NCBI GenBank assembly: GCA_017445245.1 | Contig: JAFSUM010000023.1 | Coordinates: 6,115 to 70,114, forward strand | Direction of reading: 5' to 3' | Source: Bacilli bacterium | GTDB taxonomy: Bacteria; Bacillota_I; Bacilli_A; RFN20; CAG-826 | DNA: 64,000 nucleotides | The notes under the pieces: model-generated | The model's input: the letters and a program-made list of their open reading frames with translations, nothing else | Told to the model about the DNA's origin: nothing | Database searches by the model: none | Shown: positions 38,269 through 48,152 of the stretch, piece after piece | Numbering within the stretch: the first letter of the stretch is position 1 | Layout of the letters: every line of letters starts with the position of its first letter | Position numbers and translations under genes: made by a program

Positions 38269-39423
38269 TCAATACAAATGCAGGAATTCTTCCGCGATAT
38301 GGGCTGTAGAGAACTTGTCCATGGCCTTATTCGCGATACTTGAACGGTCAACGTCCATAGACCGCTTTATTTCGAGAATCAGTTGATCGATATCCCCGTT
38401 ATCTACCGCCCCATAATCTTCGGGCGCGATAGATTCCGGCCCCCCTGCCTTGAATCCGCATACTGGGGTGCCGCAGCACAAGGATTCGGCGGTTGGCATC
38501 GAAAAGGATTCGAACTTGCTTAAGACGATCGTGACCTTCGCCTGTCGATAATACGAGGCGAGAAGCTTTTGGTCTGAGATATGGCCGACATCAATAATAC
38601 TGGAAGAGTCGAATCGTTCGTTACCAGAACCAGTCACCAGAAGGTCTAGACCCAATTCCTTTAGCCTTGCCCCTACCGCTTCGATCCATTGCCAGCCTTT
38701 GACTTCATTATGAACGGAGGTCGGAAAGAAAACATAAGGCCTATCGCGTAACGGTTTATCTAGACGACCGTCGGGATTGAATATCGCGATATCGACGGGA
38801 TTACAAACCGCATGGTTGTCCGCGTTTTCTAGTATCGAGGAACGCTCCGCCAAAAAAAGCAGCCAAGGGGAAACATACGAATGGCGAATCCAAGTTTTAT
38901 CTAGCCCTAACGAAGCAAGCTTTCTGTTCGTATGTCTAGAACAGTCCGGAGCAAACCCGAAGACTTCTTTCTTAAGAGGGCAGTCCCCGCATCCGCTTTG
39001 ATATTTATCGCAGAGGTTGATTCCGCATCCACCCGTAAACATAAGTTTCGCATGGTGCGTCAAAACAACCTTATACCCCTGCTTCCTTAACCATTTCATC
39101 AGCGAGAATACGTTGCACATGTTGCCATTAATCAAATGGACATGAACGACATCGGGGTTCAGTTTCTTTATATGCCTTTTTAGGTTCCACGTGCTTAAAG
39201 GCGAGCCACCCAAGTGGTTGCCGGTAAATAACTGGATGAACCTCCATAACTTGGCCTCCCATAGGAAACCGATACGCACGATACGCTTATCATCGCCTTT
39301 AGGCCCGCGCCCAAAGAAGACATGGCTATCATGCCCTTGGCGCATATATTCCTCGTGCAAGGCCTGGACGATCTTGCCGGTAGAACCGTGGCCGTAGATG
39401 ACGTTGATCTGAAGGATCTTCAT
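38269..39423 (-). CDS. Glycosyltransferase family 4 (GT-B)
   Basis: MKILQINVIYGHGSTGKIV start at 39423 and a C-terminal ESFSMPTAESLCCGTPV (EX7E-like) motif. Confidence 0.8.
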   Translation of the reverse strand: MKILQINVIYGHGSTGKIVQALHEEYMRQGHDSHVFFGRGPKGDDKRIVRIGFLWEAKLWRFIQLFTGNHLGGSPLSTWNLKRHIKKLNPDVVHVHLINGNMCNVFSLMKWLRKQGYKVVLTHHAKLMFTGGCGINLCDKYQSGCGDCPLKKEVFGFAPDCSRHTNRKLASLGLDKTWIRHSYVSPWLLFLAERSSILENADNHAVCNPVDIAIFNPDGRLDKPLRDRPYVFFPTSVHNEVKGWQWIEAVGARLKELGLDLLVTGSGNERFDSSSIIDVGHISDQKLLASYYRQAKVTIVLSKFESFSMPTAESLCCGTPVCGFKAGGPESIAPEDYGAVDNGDIDQLILEIKRSMDVDRSSIANKAMDKFSTAHIAEEFLHLY

Positions 39424-39679
39424 GATAGGGTCTATTGTACGGGTTTGGAGAAAAGGAAAGAAGACGCGAGAAAAAAGTCCAACGAAAAGCCACCGAAGTG
39501 GCGTTTTGCCAACTAGGAGAGCTGCCCTAGATCGCTTGACTCCGTCATGGACGAATCCATGGTGCCGTGGTCGAACGCTCATTTTCCTCCTTTGGCAATT
39601 AATTTCTAACGCAAACTGATCTACCAGTAAAGACCGTTAATAAATAGGCTCAGAAACCAACTATGTGTCAGATAAATCA

Positions 39680-40777
39680 CTAAACTAACACGGTATCGTC
39701 AATCCAAATGCTAAGATCGGAATCAATACTCGTTAGTCTCTTGGCGCATACCCCGCCCAATACTATCCCCACCGATGTAAGTTCGAAACTAGAAAAACCG
39801 TTTTTGTCGTAGAAATCCTCAAATTCTTTCCAGAAAGGGAAAACTTTGCACAAATCTGCACGCAGCGCGTCCACACTCATGACCTCTCGGTCATACTCTG
39901 CCAACAGGGCGGTAATCGTCTCGGCGCTGGCCTTTACTCTCTCAGCTTCCGCTTTAACCACTTCCTTTGTACACGGGACAATTCCTATTTGATCCCCATA
40001 TCGGCGAAAGCATCCCGGAACCTTTTCATATGTTGTGAGTCCCGATGCGTCCTTAGAAAATGAGTCAATCTTTTGAGGAACTAGGAGCGCCTCCGGATAA
40101 TCGGCCCTAACCCTATCGCAAATACCCCCGCCGCTGAATGCCGACCTGATGCCACATCCGGCATAAATTAGATGTTCAATATCTCCTCTGGACAACGTCT
40201 TGCAGGCTTCGTAGAGTGAACCCAATATTGAACCAAAAACAGCATATAATACCGTCTTATTTGGAATGTTCAAAAGCTTTGCCTTTGTGGTAATGAAAAC
40301 GAGGGCAAGAAAAGCAAAATGTTTTTTCCCGAGCAAGGGGCAAACCCTAATTGCTTCGCTGAGGGTAATTTGGAGGAGCGACCGACTTGGTTGGTTCATC
40401 CTTTTATCAAGCAAATCAGCTAGATTGTTTAGCAAATCATCACCGCCATATTTGATATAGCCCTCGTATGCCGTGTTAAAATCCGCCTGCATCGACGGGT
40501 CAGAAAGAACACGTCTAAACTCATCTCGCTCCCACTTTGCGGGATCACGCAATAAAAGGCCAACCAAACGTGAAGTAAGACTTTCTTCCCTTAGCTTGGC
40601 GACCTCTAGGGCTTCAAGCCTGTATTTGGAGATCTTTTCTTCCAATACGGTTTCAATAAGATTGCGAACTTGCTCTTCGGTTAATCCCTGGTGAATGTTG
40701 AGTGTCACGGGACCGTTAATGGTGCCTGCCTGCATTCCGGCGTTTTGCTCTGCTTCGTTTATGCTTTTATTTTTCAT
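39680..40777 (-). CDS. Uncharacterised protein, resembling from memory the family NCBI labels LPO_1073/Vpar_1526
   Basis: The N-terminus EQNAGMQAGTINGPVTLNIHQGLTEEQVRNLIETVL pattern matches my recollection of that family. ATG at 40777 is about 6 nt from AAGGTG and overlaps the end of the upstream small ORF. Confidence 0.45.
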   Translation of the reverse strand: MKNKSINEAEQNAGMQAGTINGPVTLNIHQGLTEEQVRNLIETVLEEKISKYRLEALEVAKLREESLTSRLVGLLLRDPAKWERDEFRRVLSDPSMQADFNTAYEGYIKYGGDDLLNNLADLLDKRMNQPSRSLLQITLSEAIRVCPLLGKKHFAFLALVFITTKAKLLNIPNKTVLYAVFGSILGSLYEACKTLSRGDIEHLIYAGCGIRSAFSGGGICDRVRADYPEALLVPQKIDSFSKDASGLTTYEKVPGCFRRYGDQIGIVPCTKEVVKAEAERVKASAETITALLAEYDREVMSVDALRADLCKVFPFWKEFEDFYDKNGFSSFELTSVGIVLGGVCAKRLTSIDSDLSIWIDDTVLV

Positions 40778-40964
40778 AGACATCACCTTGAACGAGACCC
40801 GCCATAAAGCCTGAGTTTGTTTTGGCGCGTAGATTAACATCTCTGAGCTCAGTTTTCAGTTTTTTAACTTCTGCTTTCGCTAAAAAAGCACCGATAGCAG
40901 ACACACATGCGGCTATCGCGCTAATGCCCGCAATAACTAAGGAGATGATTTCATAAAACGTCAT
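40767..40964 (-). CDS. Small single-pass membrane protein (65 aa)
   Basis: N-terminal TM helix IISLVIAGISAIAACVSAIGAFL followed by a charged helix. It starts 29 nt after the protease gene and overlaps the next gene. Confidence 0.5.
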   Translation of the reverse strand: MTFYEIISLVIAGISAIAACVSAIGAFLAKAEVKKLKTELRDVNLRAKTNSGFMAGLVQGDVYEK

Positions 40965-40993
40965 AGTTGCTCCTCCTAATCGAATCGGCCATC

Positions 40994-43261
40994 CTAGTCA
41001 TCGATACTTACATCGCCCTGCATTTGCAGATAGGTCCTGATCCTCGCATCGATATCGATGGTTGTAACCACCCAATTGTTCATGATGCATTCGTCGATGA
41101 AGCTTTGCAACCTATCCTTCCCTTTCAACTCACGCAACGTAATAACAATCCCGAAGGCCAGATCGTCAGACTCGGCATCGTCGACGAGTTGGCGTTCGTT
41201 GTGTTGCACCTCGATCCCCCATTTCTTCCCTTCGTAGCTCTTAAGTTCTTCCTTGTTCGAAGAGAACAGCAACTTTACCGTATCCCATTTACGGAAAAAC
41301 TTGCGCAGTTCACGCTCTCTTTTGCCGGATCCATCCGTCTCCTGAGAAAGTTTTCCGCTCTTAAGAGCGTCGATTTTCTCTTTGTCGGTAATACGGCCAA
41401 ATCGTAGGGCGAGCTCCGTGTCGGTATAGTCGATACCAGCGTTCCTATTTCCGCAAGAAAAGTAACACATCGTCGCCCGAGCGACGTATGGATATTTGGA
41501 AGACGAATCCTTTGGGACGGGAAGGCTATAGTTATACGTCTTGTACTCCTTTATCTTTCCATACACATAAAAACGGATTTCGTGGTTCTGGCACTGCAAG
41601 ATTTCCTCGATCGTCTTCGGAACGACCCCATAACCTAAATATGGATCTGGGGAGGCGGCGATTTCGCTATTCCAACCCGCCGCAGAGTCAATGATGAGCG
41701 CTTTGGCTATCTCCCTTGGAAACTTAAGGACGTCGATAAGATAACATGCCTTCCGGGCGATCCAAGGGGCAGCGGCGGATGTCCCGACAAAGAAATCTTC
41801 CTGATTGTTCCATCCGCAGGCAGTGCAAGATTCCACGCCATCCTCGCCGCCATAATAGCAAACGTCAGGCTTGGTGAAATTCGAAAGAACCGGACCATGC
41901 CTAGAATAAGATGTGCGCTGCTTTTTCCCATTCACCGAGCCCACAACTAGAGAGTTCAGAGAATCCGCAGGAGGCGCGATTGCTTGCGTTGATGGGCCAT
42001 GTTTGGTATCGCCATTGGTGCCAGCAACTATAAATAGACAGCTATTTTCCCTTTGAATTGCGTCCAGCGCAGCACCTTCATAGGAAATGAAACTTCGATT
42101 GATCTCCATGATGCCGCCTAACGATAGATTCCATACGTGAATGTCCTTGTTTTGCCTAACGATGGTTCTAATACGGTCGACTATTTTCGCAGAGTATGTT
42201 TTGCCCGAGGGCATGACGCCGAAATGCCGTACCCGAAATCTACCGCAGTGATCGTCAATTCCTGGGTTCAGGTTAGGCCCATCGACTATGATGGAGTCAA
42301 CCATAGTTCCATGATCGAAATCCTCGTCCTTAATAATATGTCCAACTGGATATTCATTGGTTGCCTCGACCCAACTAGCGAAATATGCTTTCTCGTCAAA
42401 AAATGTATCGATGACACCGATGGTTGGTTCGTCTCGAGGGCCGGGAATGGTACGCAAGGTTTTTGCGGGTTTGTCCATGCGGTCTAGCTTGCTTTCAAAA
42501 GAACCGGCAATTGACATTGCCACCAAATACGGGGCCAGCTCGACTAAGCGCTCATACTCCGCCGTCGGAAGGACGCAGCTCAATCCGCTGTCGTCCTCCA
42601 ACATGCTGCGGTCAAACCGAATGCGGAGGTAATCGAAAATGTCATCAAGAGTACGCTCGGTCTTATACATCGTCACCAAGCGATAAGGGTCATCGCAGAC
42701 TACGGGATGCGCTTGGGGCAGATCAAAGTGTCCTACATAATGTGCGTCTACGATTAATGCGCGAATATTCGTGCGAGCGAGGCCATATTTGGTTAGTACG
42801 TTCCCCTCGGCTGTCCCGTTGTTTGTATTGAAAACGTTCCTTGAGATAGAACCCTCGTGCTCCTGGTCTAAATAGTCCGCGCAAATGCGCAATTCCATGG
42901 CGGAATTCCGAATAACATCCATCGGGACGTAATAGGTAATAATGTGGCAGTCGTCCTCGGAAAAACGAGCGCCAACAATCAGACTGCTCGGCTTAATTTT
43001 GGATTGCCAAAACACGCGGCCGACCCTGTTACTTTTCGCTACCAAAGTCGTGTAATGGACGTCGATGAGTACATTCGCCAATAGAGGTGATCCTTTCCAG
43101 GAAACGCAAATCCGATCCAATTCATCCGCAAGGCGACGCACTTTATCTGACGTAACAAGCGCGCCAACCGGTAGAGTAAGTCCGCCGCCCTTTTGCTCGT
43201 TCGACTTGGGGTAGAACTCTCCTTTCAACTCGAGGAGGTTATGCATCTTTGTTGCCTCCAT
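40994..43261 (-). CDS. S8 (subtilisin-like) serine peptidase, IetS-like
   Basis: Catalytic triad blocks GVIDTFFD (Asp), DHGTMVDS (His) and GTSAAAPWIA (Ser). It overlaps the upstream AAA ATPase gene. Confidence 0.8.
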   Translation of the reverse strand: MEATKMHNLLELKGEFYPKSNEQKGGGLTLPVGALVTSDKVRRLADELDRICVSWKGSPLLANVLIDVHYTTLVAKSNRVGRVFWQSKIKPSSLIVGARFSEDDCHIITYYVPMDVIRNSAMELRICADYLDQEHEGSISRNVFNTNNGTAEGNVLTKYGLARTNIRALIVDAHYVGHFDLPQAHPVVCDDPYRLVTMYKTERTLDDIFDYLRIRFDRSMLEDDSGLSCVLPTAEYERLVELAPYLVAMSIAGSFESKLDRMDKPAKTLRTIPGPRDEPTIGVIDTFFDEKAYFASWVEATNEYPVGHIIKDEDFDHGTMVDSIIVDGPNLNPGIDDHCGRFRVRHFGVMPSGKTYSAKIVDRIRTIVRQNKDIHVWNLSLGGIMEINRSFISYEGAALDAIQRENSCLFIVAGTNGDTKHGPSTQAIAPPADSLNSLVVGSVNGKKQRTSYSRHGPVLSNFTKPDVCYYGGEDGVESCTACGWNNQEDFFVGTSAAAPWIARKACYLIDVLKFPREIAKALIIDSAAGWNSEIAASPDPYLGYGVVPKTIEEILQCQNHEIRFYVYGKIKEYKTYNYSLPVPKDSSSKYPYVARATMCYFSCGNRNAGIDYTDTELALRFGRITDKEKIDALKSGKLSQETDGSGKRERELRKFFRKWDTVKLLFSSNKEELKSYEGKKWGIEVQHNERQLVDDAESDDLAFGIVITLRELKGKDRLQSFIDECIMNNWVVTTIDIDARIRTYLQMQGDVSIDD

Positions 43262-44288
43262 TTAGCAATCTAGAAGCGCTGCTTTTAGAGATGCCGGTCA
43301 GCACTGTGACCTCGCGATTGGTAAAACCCATTCGAGCTAGCTTTGCAACATCGGATAAGGCCTCTTTGCCTAGCAATGCAACGAAAAGACGGCGAAGATG
43401 CTCGCTCCCGTTGCTTTCAGCGGAAAAAGCGATGGATCTTCGAATGATCTGCTTGATTTCGCCCGGATAGGGCAAAGAGGGCGCCGAGTCGAAGATTTTT
43501 GAGAGTATCTTGAGGTCGGATTTTGTATATGGGTAATCCTTAAGGACATCCTTATAGACTTCCTTAGCAATAGTGATCAAATCTTCACGCGAGTAACAGT
43601 CAAAATCCACCACCGCATCAAATCGGCGAAGGAGAGCTCTGTCAAAGGCAGTTTTCAAATTGCTAGTAGCGAAGAGCAAGATACCCGTACCTAATGAATC
43701 TAGTTCTTTTAAGAACGCAGTCGTCACACGCCCCATCTCGCGGAGATCATTGCTGTTAATCCTGTCTAAAACAATGGCGTCTATCTCGTCAAAAAGAACG
43801 ACGTATCTCGAAGCGGGAACCATCTTTATCTCGCGGAATAAGAGTTCGATGTTTTTCGCGGATTCGCCCAACTTGGAATCGATCAGCATAGAAAGATTAA
43901 CGGAGAGCACTTTCCTATCTAAAAACCTAGCGATTTGGATAATCGACTCTGTCTTCCCACTTCCAGGAGCACCAAGGAAAAGAAACTTATTTAAGTTCCT
44001 ATCCTTGCTGGCCGCATTAACTACGCCGGCGATTTCATCTTCTAACGCACTCGGAAAATATAGGGGTGACGTCGCCTGAGATAACTGAGTTAGATAATGT
44101 AGTTTCAACTCGGCCTCTTGCGGAACGAAAACACCACCTTCGGCAATAAGACTTGCGACGTAGACAGCAAGGTCCCTAAAACCTTCGCGATCGAATTCGG
44201 AGGCGATTTCATTTGCGGTTCTCTTAAAAGAGCGCTCGTCTTTTTCCGAGTGGTATTTAATTAAATCGACGATGAGCTGTTTCTTCAT
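43239..44288 (-). CDS. AAA+ ATPase, IetA-like
   Basis: Walker A GAPGSGKT, Walker B VVLFDEIDA and the arginine-finger region LLRRFD. A C-terminal HTH-like tail is present. Confidence 0.8.
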   Translation of the reverse strand: MKKQLIVDLIKYHSEKDERSFKRTANEIASEFDREGFRDLAVYVASLIAEGGVFVPQEAELKLHYLTQLSQATSPLYFPSALEDEIAGVVNAASKDRNLNKFLFLGAPGSGKTESIIQIARFLDRKVLSVNLSMLIDSKLGESAKNIELLFREIKMVPASRYVVLFDEIDAIVLDRINSNDLREMGRVTTAFLKELDSLGTGILLFATSNLKTAFDRALLRRFDAVVDFDCYSREDLITIAKEVYKDVLKDYPYTKSDLKILSKIFDSAPSLPYPGEIKQIIRRSIAFSAESNGSEHLRRLFVALLGKEALSDVAKLARMGFTNREVTVLTGISKSSASRLLNGGNKDA

Positions 44289-44383
44289 AACGCTTCCTCG
44301 TCATTATTATCAATCTTTTGGGACGCTTTTGTAAATAATGAAACACAATTAAAAATGATTCGTTGCATCCATTTCCAACGATT

Positions 44384-44680
44384 CTAATCGTTAAGTTCCA
44401 TGGTTTTTGAGCCTCCACCGGACGGACAGCGCTCCAGATTTGGAAAATTCCGATGGAATCTGAACGCCCCTTCATGGAAAACGTCGCCCGGTACGATTTC
44501 CGAAAAAGGAGTCGTCAAACCAGAATGTCGCATGAAACCAACGTGCTCCAGCACCACATAAGATTCGTCAGGGACGGATCCTCTAACAGGAAGGACGACC
44601 TCGGAAACGACTATATTGCCGCCTCGATCGTAGGCCCAACGGCAAAGGACTTGTTTACCATTTCTATGCCAGGGCAGCAT
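44384..44680 (-). CDS. Hypothetical 98-aa ORF in the AbiH-IetA spacer
   Basis: It is the only sizeable same-strand ORF in a 437-bp gap. I recognise no motif and it may be non-coding. Confidence 0.2.
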   Translation of the reverse strand: MLPWHRNGKQVLCRWAYDRGGNIVVSEVVLPVRGSVPDESYVVLEHVGFMRHSGLTTPFSEIVPGDVFHEGAFRFHRNFPNLERCPSGGGSKTMELND

Positions 44681-44725
44681 AGGGCTAAGCTATCTTATGA
44701 TAGTTACAGGCTAGTTTCAGGAGCG

Positions 44726-45670
44726 TTAGCGTGGCAACTCAGGCAAACAACGGGATATGGCGCCTTTAAAGCCAACCGCCCTCAAACGAGCAATTTTCTT
44801 CACACACTCGCCGCGCTTCTCTTCGAATTCGGAAAAATGAATCCGGACCATCTTCGTATTAATAGCGCTAAACAAGAATTGAAAATAAGGGAGGTCGGCA
44901 GAACCGATACCGCAGCCCAAACAATATATATCCGTAATTTTCCGGCTAAAAAGATCGCCGAAGAAAGCACCATGCCGCTCGATGGCTTTCTTTGTGTTTT
45001 TTCTTAAGGAGTCGTGGATGGCTTGCGCAGAATCACCATATATAAAATTGTGACATATTTCTTGTCCATAAGGACAGCCGTGCCCTATAATCAAATCTCC
45101 TTCCTCAATAGACCCGTGAATATGACAAACTCTGTTGGAACTGATGCCATAAATTTTCTCAAGTAGCATCGTGTAGTTGAATGTTAAGTAAAAACCAAAG
45201 GGGTCAAGCTGGTACTTCTTTTTGACATTTTGCGTATCAACGCTCTGAATCCACTCCAATAGCCGATCGGTAATAACCCAAGAGACACTCGTTCTGATGG
45301 AATCAGCCAAATCTTCAGCATCATAAATCCCATTAAAAGGGTGATCATCATCGAGTTCTTGAGAAATGTCGGAAAAAACACTGTCATAATCCAGTTCGCC
45401 TAATGCATCTTCTAGATCTGACCAAGTCTCACCCGAGTTCCAATCGAGCCACTCGATGAACAAACAAGCAGAACCCATTTCATCCACGATCACATCGCCA
45501 TGATGTCCGATAGCAACGTCCGGCACAGATAAATAGCCTCTAGGAAAATAATGGGTCGTTTTAACTAGATACTCTCTAAAATCAGAATATTTGGTGGGTA
45601 GGTTATGGCTTAGATCGAAGCCATTGCCGATGATATACAGATTGACTTGGTTATTTGATTGCTTTTTCAT
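44726..45670 (-). CDS. abiH: AbiH-family abortive-infection protein
   Basis: The N-terminal LYIIGNGFDLSHNLPTKYSDFREYL signature is typical of Pfam AbiH. ATG at 45670. Confidence 0.78.
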   Translation of the reverse strand: MKKQSNNQVNLYIIGNGFDLSHNLPTKYSDFREYLVKTTHYFPRGYLSVPDVAIGHHGDVIVDEMGSACLFIEWLDWNSGETWSDLEDALGELDYDSVFSDISQELDDDHPFNGIYDAEDLADSIRTSVSWVITDRLLEWIQSVDTQNVKKKYQLDPFGFYLTFNYTMLLEKIYGISSNRVCHIHGSIEEGDLIIGHGCPYGQEICHNFIYGDSAQAIHDSLRKNTKKAIERHGAFFGDLFSRKITDIYCLGCGIGSADLPYFQFLFSAINTKMVRIHFSEFEEKRGECVKKIARLRAVGFKGAISRCLPELPR

Positions 45671-45946
45671 GCAAATAATTATCAAGCGGTTTCCCAAAAA
45701 AGACGATGAGCAGGTGATACTTCCTTAAGAAAACTTGATGGACCGTGAACCGACAAACTAGAAGCATCGTGGCGTTGGCAATTCAGCCGGCATTAGTGAT
45801 CTAGGGGGAATGGGCCACCACCATTCCGTGTCATGAAAGCCTGAAACTAAGACAATAGGCATCACAAGTAATCGCCTAGGCAGGACAGTTGCGGCGAAAC
45901 TCCAGGATTGCGGGGTGCCAGCCCGTGCGAAAAGCACGGATTTCCA

Positions 45947-47242
45947 TTAAGCATTTTGGACGGTTTCCAGGAATAGTTGTCTGAAGAAATCCAGCTTGCT
46001 TTCTTGCCCAAAGTTTTTGAATGCGCCAATGACATCATCCACGTATGACTCAAATTGAAAGCCACTAAAATATTTCTCTTTGTTAAGTGATTTGATAAAT
46101 GACGCAATATTCTTGTACGTTACAAACTGGTATATACCCTTCATTTCCGTTTCTATCTCGGCCTCTATTTCTTCTTTTCGGAAATCAGGGCAGACGATGA
46201 TGCACAAGCATCTTGATGCGCCTCCTTGGGAGGCCCAACCATAATAAACGGATAGCTGCGTTGACTTTTTTGTGCCATCCCCTCCATGCAAGCCACTCCA
46301 AATCTTGTTTTCAATTACGACCCTAAGATCCTCGTTATAGGCGCAGAGATCCGTCCGACCGCCCTTGTTGTTGTCACGCCCTGCAATAGGCAATTCTCTG
46401 CGAACCGCGAATTCAGTTTCGGTAGCCTGCCCTTGTCCGCCGAACTTTTCGACAAAGCGATTCATCGTCTTTTTCCATTCCAAAATTTTGTAGAGCATGT
46501 TCGTATAGCAGGTTTCACTATCTCTCTTCAAAATCAAGTCTAAAAAAGTTCTCTTAAGTGGGGGTGACGCGTATTTTTTGTTCTCCACTCGCTTAATTTT
46601 GGTCGTGATATCGGTCCAATAAATTAAACTGGTATATTTTCCCAATTCAGTAAAAGCTTCGTGATTAGCGTCAGAAAACACATATCCCTTGTTTCTTTGG
46701 TATCGGTATCCCGGTGTGGAAACAATAATTTTCTTCTTCGCTTTATATATTTCGCTGGCCTCGAACGTCACATATAGCGATCTGTCATTGTTCCCGTAGA
46801 TTCGATAAAGACGTTTGCCGGCATAATCGATTTCCTCGTTATCTATTATTTGTTTAATCTTGTCTTGCGATGCCTTTAATTTGTCATCCTCCCGATGCGC
46901 GGATTCGTGGTGAAGGCATCTGCAAATCTTGATTAGGTGGGTAAGTTCAAAAGATGATACTGTCTCCCCGTTCCTTTTCCGGATAGTCGCCTTTTTGGTC
47001 AAGAACATATACTCCAAATTGTATTTGTTGTTCCCATCCGTTCCGATGTTAGTAGGACAATGACCAAATGAGTTGTTGTAAACATAGATTTTGTCATTAT
47101 CTGCTCGAAAAAAATCGATGATTTCATGAGCGATACGATCGCCTTTATCCGCGTAGCCTCCTTCAAAGGGCTTATTCAAAATAAAAACTTTCTCGTTTTT
47201 TCCCATAGCTTTACTCGCAAAGAAGTATATCATTCGCGCCAA
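45947..47242 (-). CDS. Protein with a C-terminal PD-(D/E)xK nuclease domain (PDDEXK_4-like) and an unrecognised ~280-aa N-terminal region
   Basis: GGRTDLCAYNEDLRVVIENKIWSG (D...ExK) followed by TQLSVYYGW. The start is uncertain: TTG at 47242, or ATG at 47233 or 47206. Confidence 0.55.
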   Translation of the reverse strand: MARMIYFFASKAMGKNEKVFILNKPFEGGYADKGDRIAHEIIDFFRADNDKIYVYNNSFGHCPTNIGTDGNNKYNLEYMFLTKKATIRKRNGETVSSFELTHLIKICRCLHHESAHREDDKLKASQDKIKQIIDNEEIDYAGKRLYRIYGNNDRSLYVTFEASEIYKAKKKIIVSTPGYRYQRNKGYVFSDANHEAFTELGKYTSLIYWTDITTKIKRVENKKYASPPLKRTFLDLILKRDSETCYTNMLYKILEWKKTMNRFVEKFGGQGQATETEFAVRRELPIAGRDNNKGGRTDLCAYNEDLRVVIENKIWSGLHGGDGTKKSTQLSVYYGWASQGGASRCLCIIVCPDFRKEEIEAEIETEMKGIYQFVTYKNIASFIKSLNKEKYFSGFQFESYVDDVIGAFKNFGQESKLDFFRQLFLETVQNA

Positions 47243-47392
47243 TGCGTGTTCCCCAAATATTTGGTTTTTGGTTATGGAATGTTCCCTTCGCCAAAAACGC
47301 TCAAAGTCACTGGTCGTGTGGTTCTTTATCCAACACCTATTTTTCAGGGTCTGCTAATAGAACCATAGGAGTATTTACAAAACGGATGATGA

Positions 47393-47842
47393 TTAGCCCA
47401 CGCGGTATCGGTCCTTTACCTTGAAACTGGCCTTCGTCTGGAAGCAATACGATTCCAGAAGGTCGATCCTTTCCTCGATTCCGTCATCCCTCGCGGAGGA
47501 TTTGAAAGCTATCCACGCCGCGTAGATCCCGAGATATTCGGTCCTGACGCCGACGTGGCACCTGAGGAAGCGCTTCAGCTCGGAGATGAAGGAATTGACG
47601 GGCCGGAGGCTCGCCATCTTCCTGAACCGTTCCCGGTCCGGCTTCATCGACGACATCGCCGTCGACATGGACGCCCCGAACGAACGGCGCGGGAGTTGCG
47701 CAGGCGCCTGCCCTCGACCCCCTTGACGGTTTCGCCCGATCCGCAGAATGGGCATTCGCTTCCGCGCATAAAGAAAACCTCTCGGGCAAGAGGATCCGGG
47801 CGGCATGGCCCAAGAGGTCATCGCCAAACGATCCCCACCCAT
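47393..47842 (-). pseudogene. Degraded IS1595-family-like transposase remnant
   Basis: The C-terminal block VNSFISELKRFLRCHVGVRTEYLGIYAAWIAF and the GGRGQA segment resemble IS1595 transposases. The catalytic core is missing and the reading frames are broken. The segment is visibly more GC-rich than its flanks. Confidence 0.4.
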
Positions 47843-47951
47843 GCCACGCAGATCCCGGATTGCTTGGCTCGGTTATTCCAGCACACGGGCGAAAAGGGCT
47901 TAATTTCTATCACCCTTTTGTAAGTACTCCTATTAGGCTTTGTTAATTACT

Positions 47952-47979
47952 TTGCAACCCACGTTTCCTTGATTAGAAT
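47952..47979 (+). promoter_or_regulatory. SigA-type promoter upstream of the retron module
   Basis: TTGCAA at 47952-47957, a 16-nt spacer, then TAGAAT at 47974-47979. Confidence 0.5.
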
Positions 47980-47985
47980 AGAAAT

Positions 47986-48147
47986 GCCCTATTTTTTGGT
48001 GAAAACCACCAAGGTTTGTGCAAGCAAACCTCGAAACCCATCTTGGGTATTGTGGCGACCGAACTCGTCCTTTCACGCTCGGGCGACCAGGAGAGCCTCC
48101 TGCCCGTCCGAGCGCTCACGCCGACTTCAGTCGCCATCTCGTAGGGC
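47986..48147 (+). ncRNA. Candidate retron msr-msd non-coding RNA
   Basis: Three short hairpins at 47996-48012, 48013-48030 and 48036-48048. An 84-nt GC-rich imperfect hairpin at 48053-48136 has outer stem TGGCGAC/GTCGCCA and tip AGGAG-AGC-CTCCT. It is bracketed by the complementary hexamers GCCCTA (47986-91) and TAGGGC (48142-47). Confidence 0.45.
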
Positions 48148-48152
48148 TTCAA

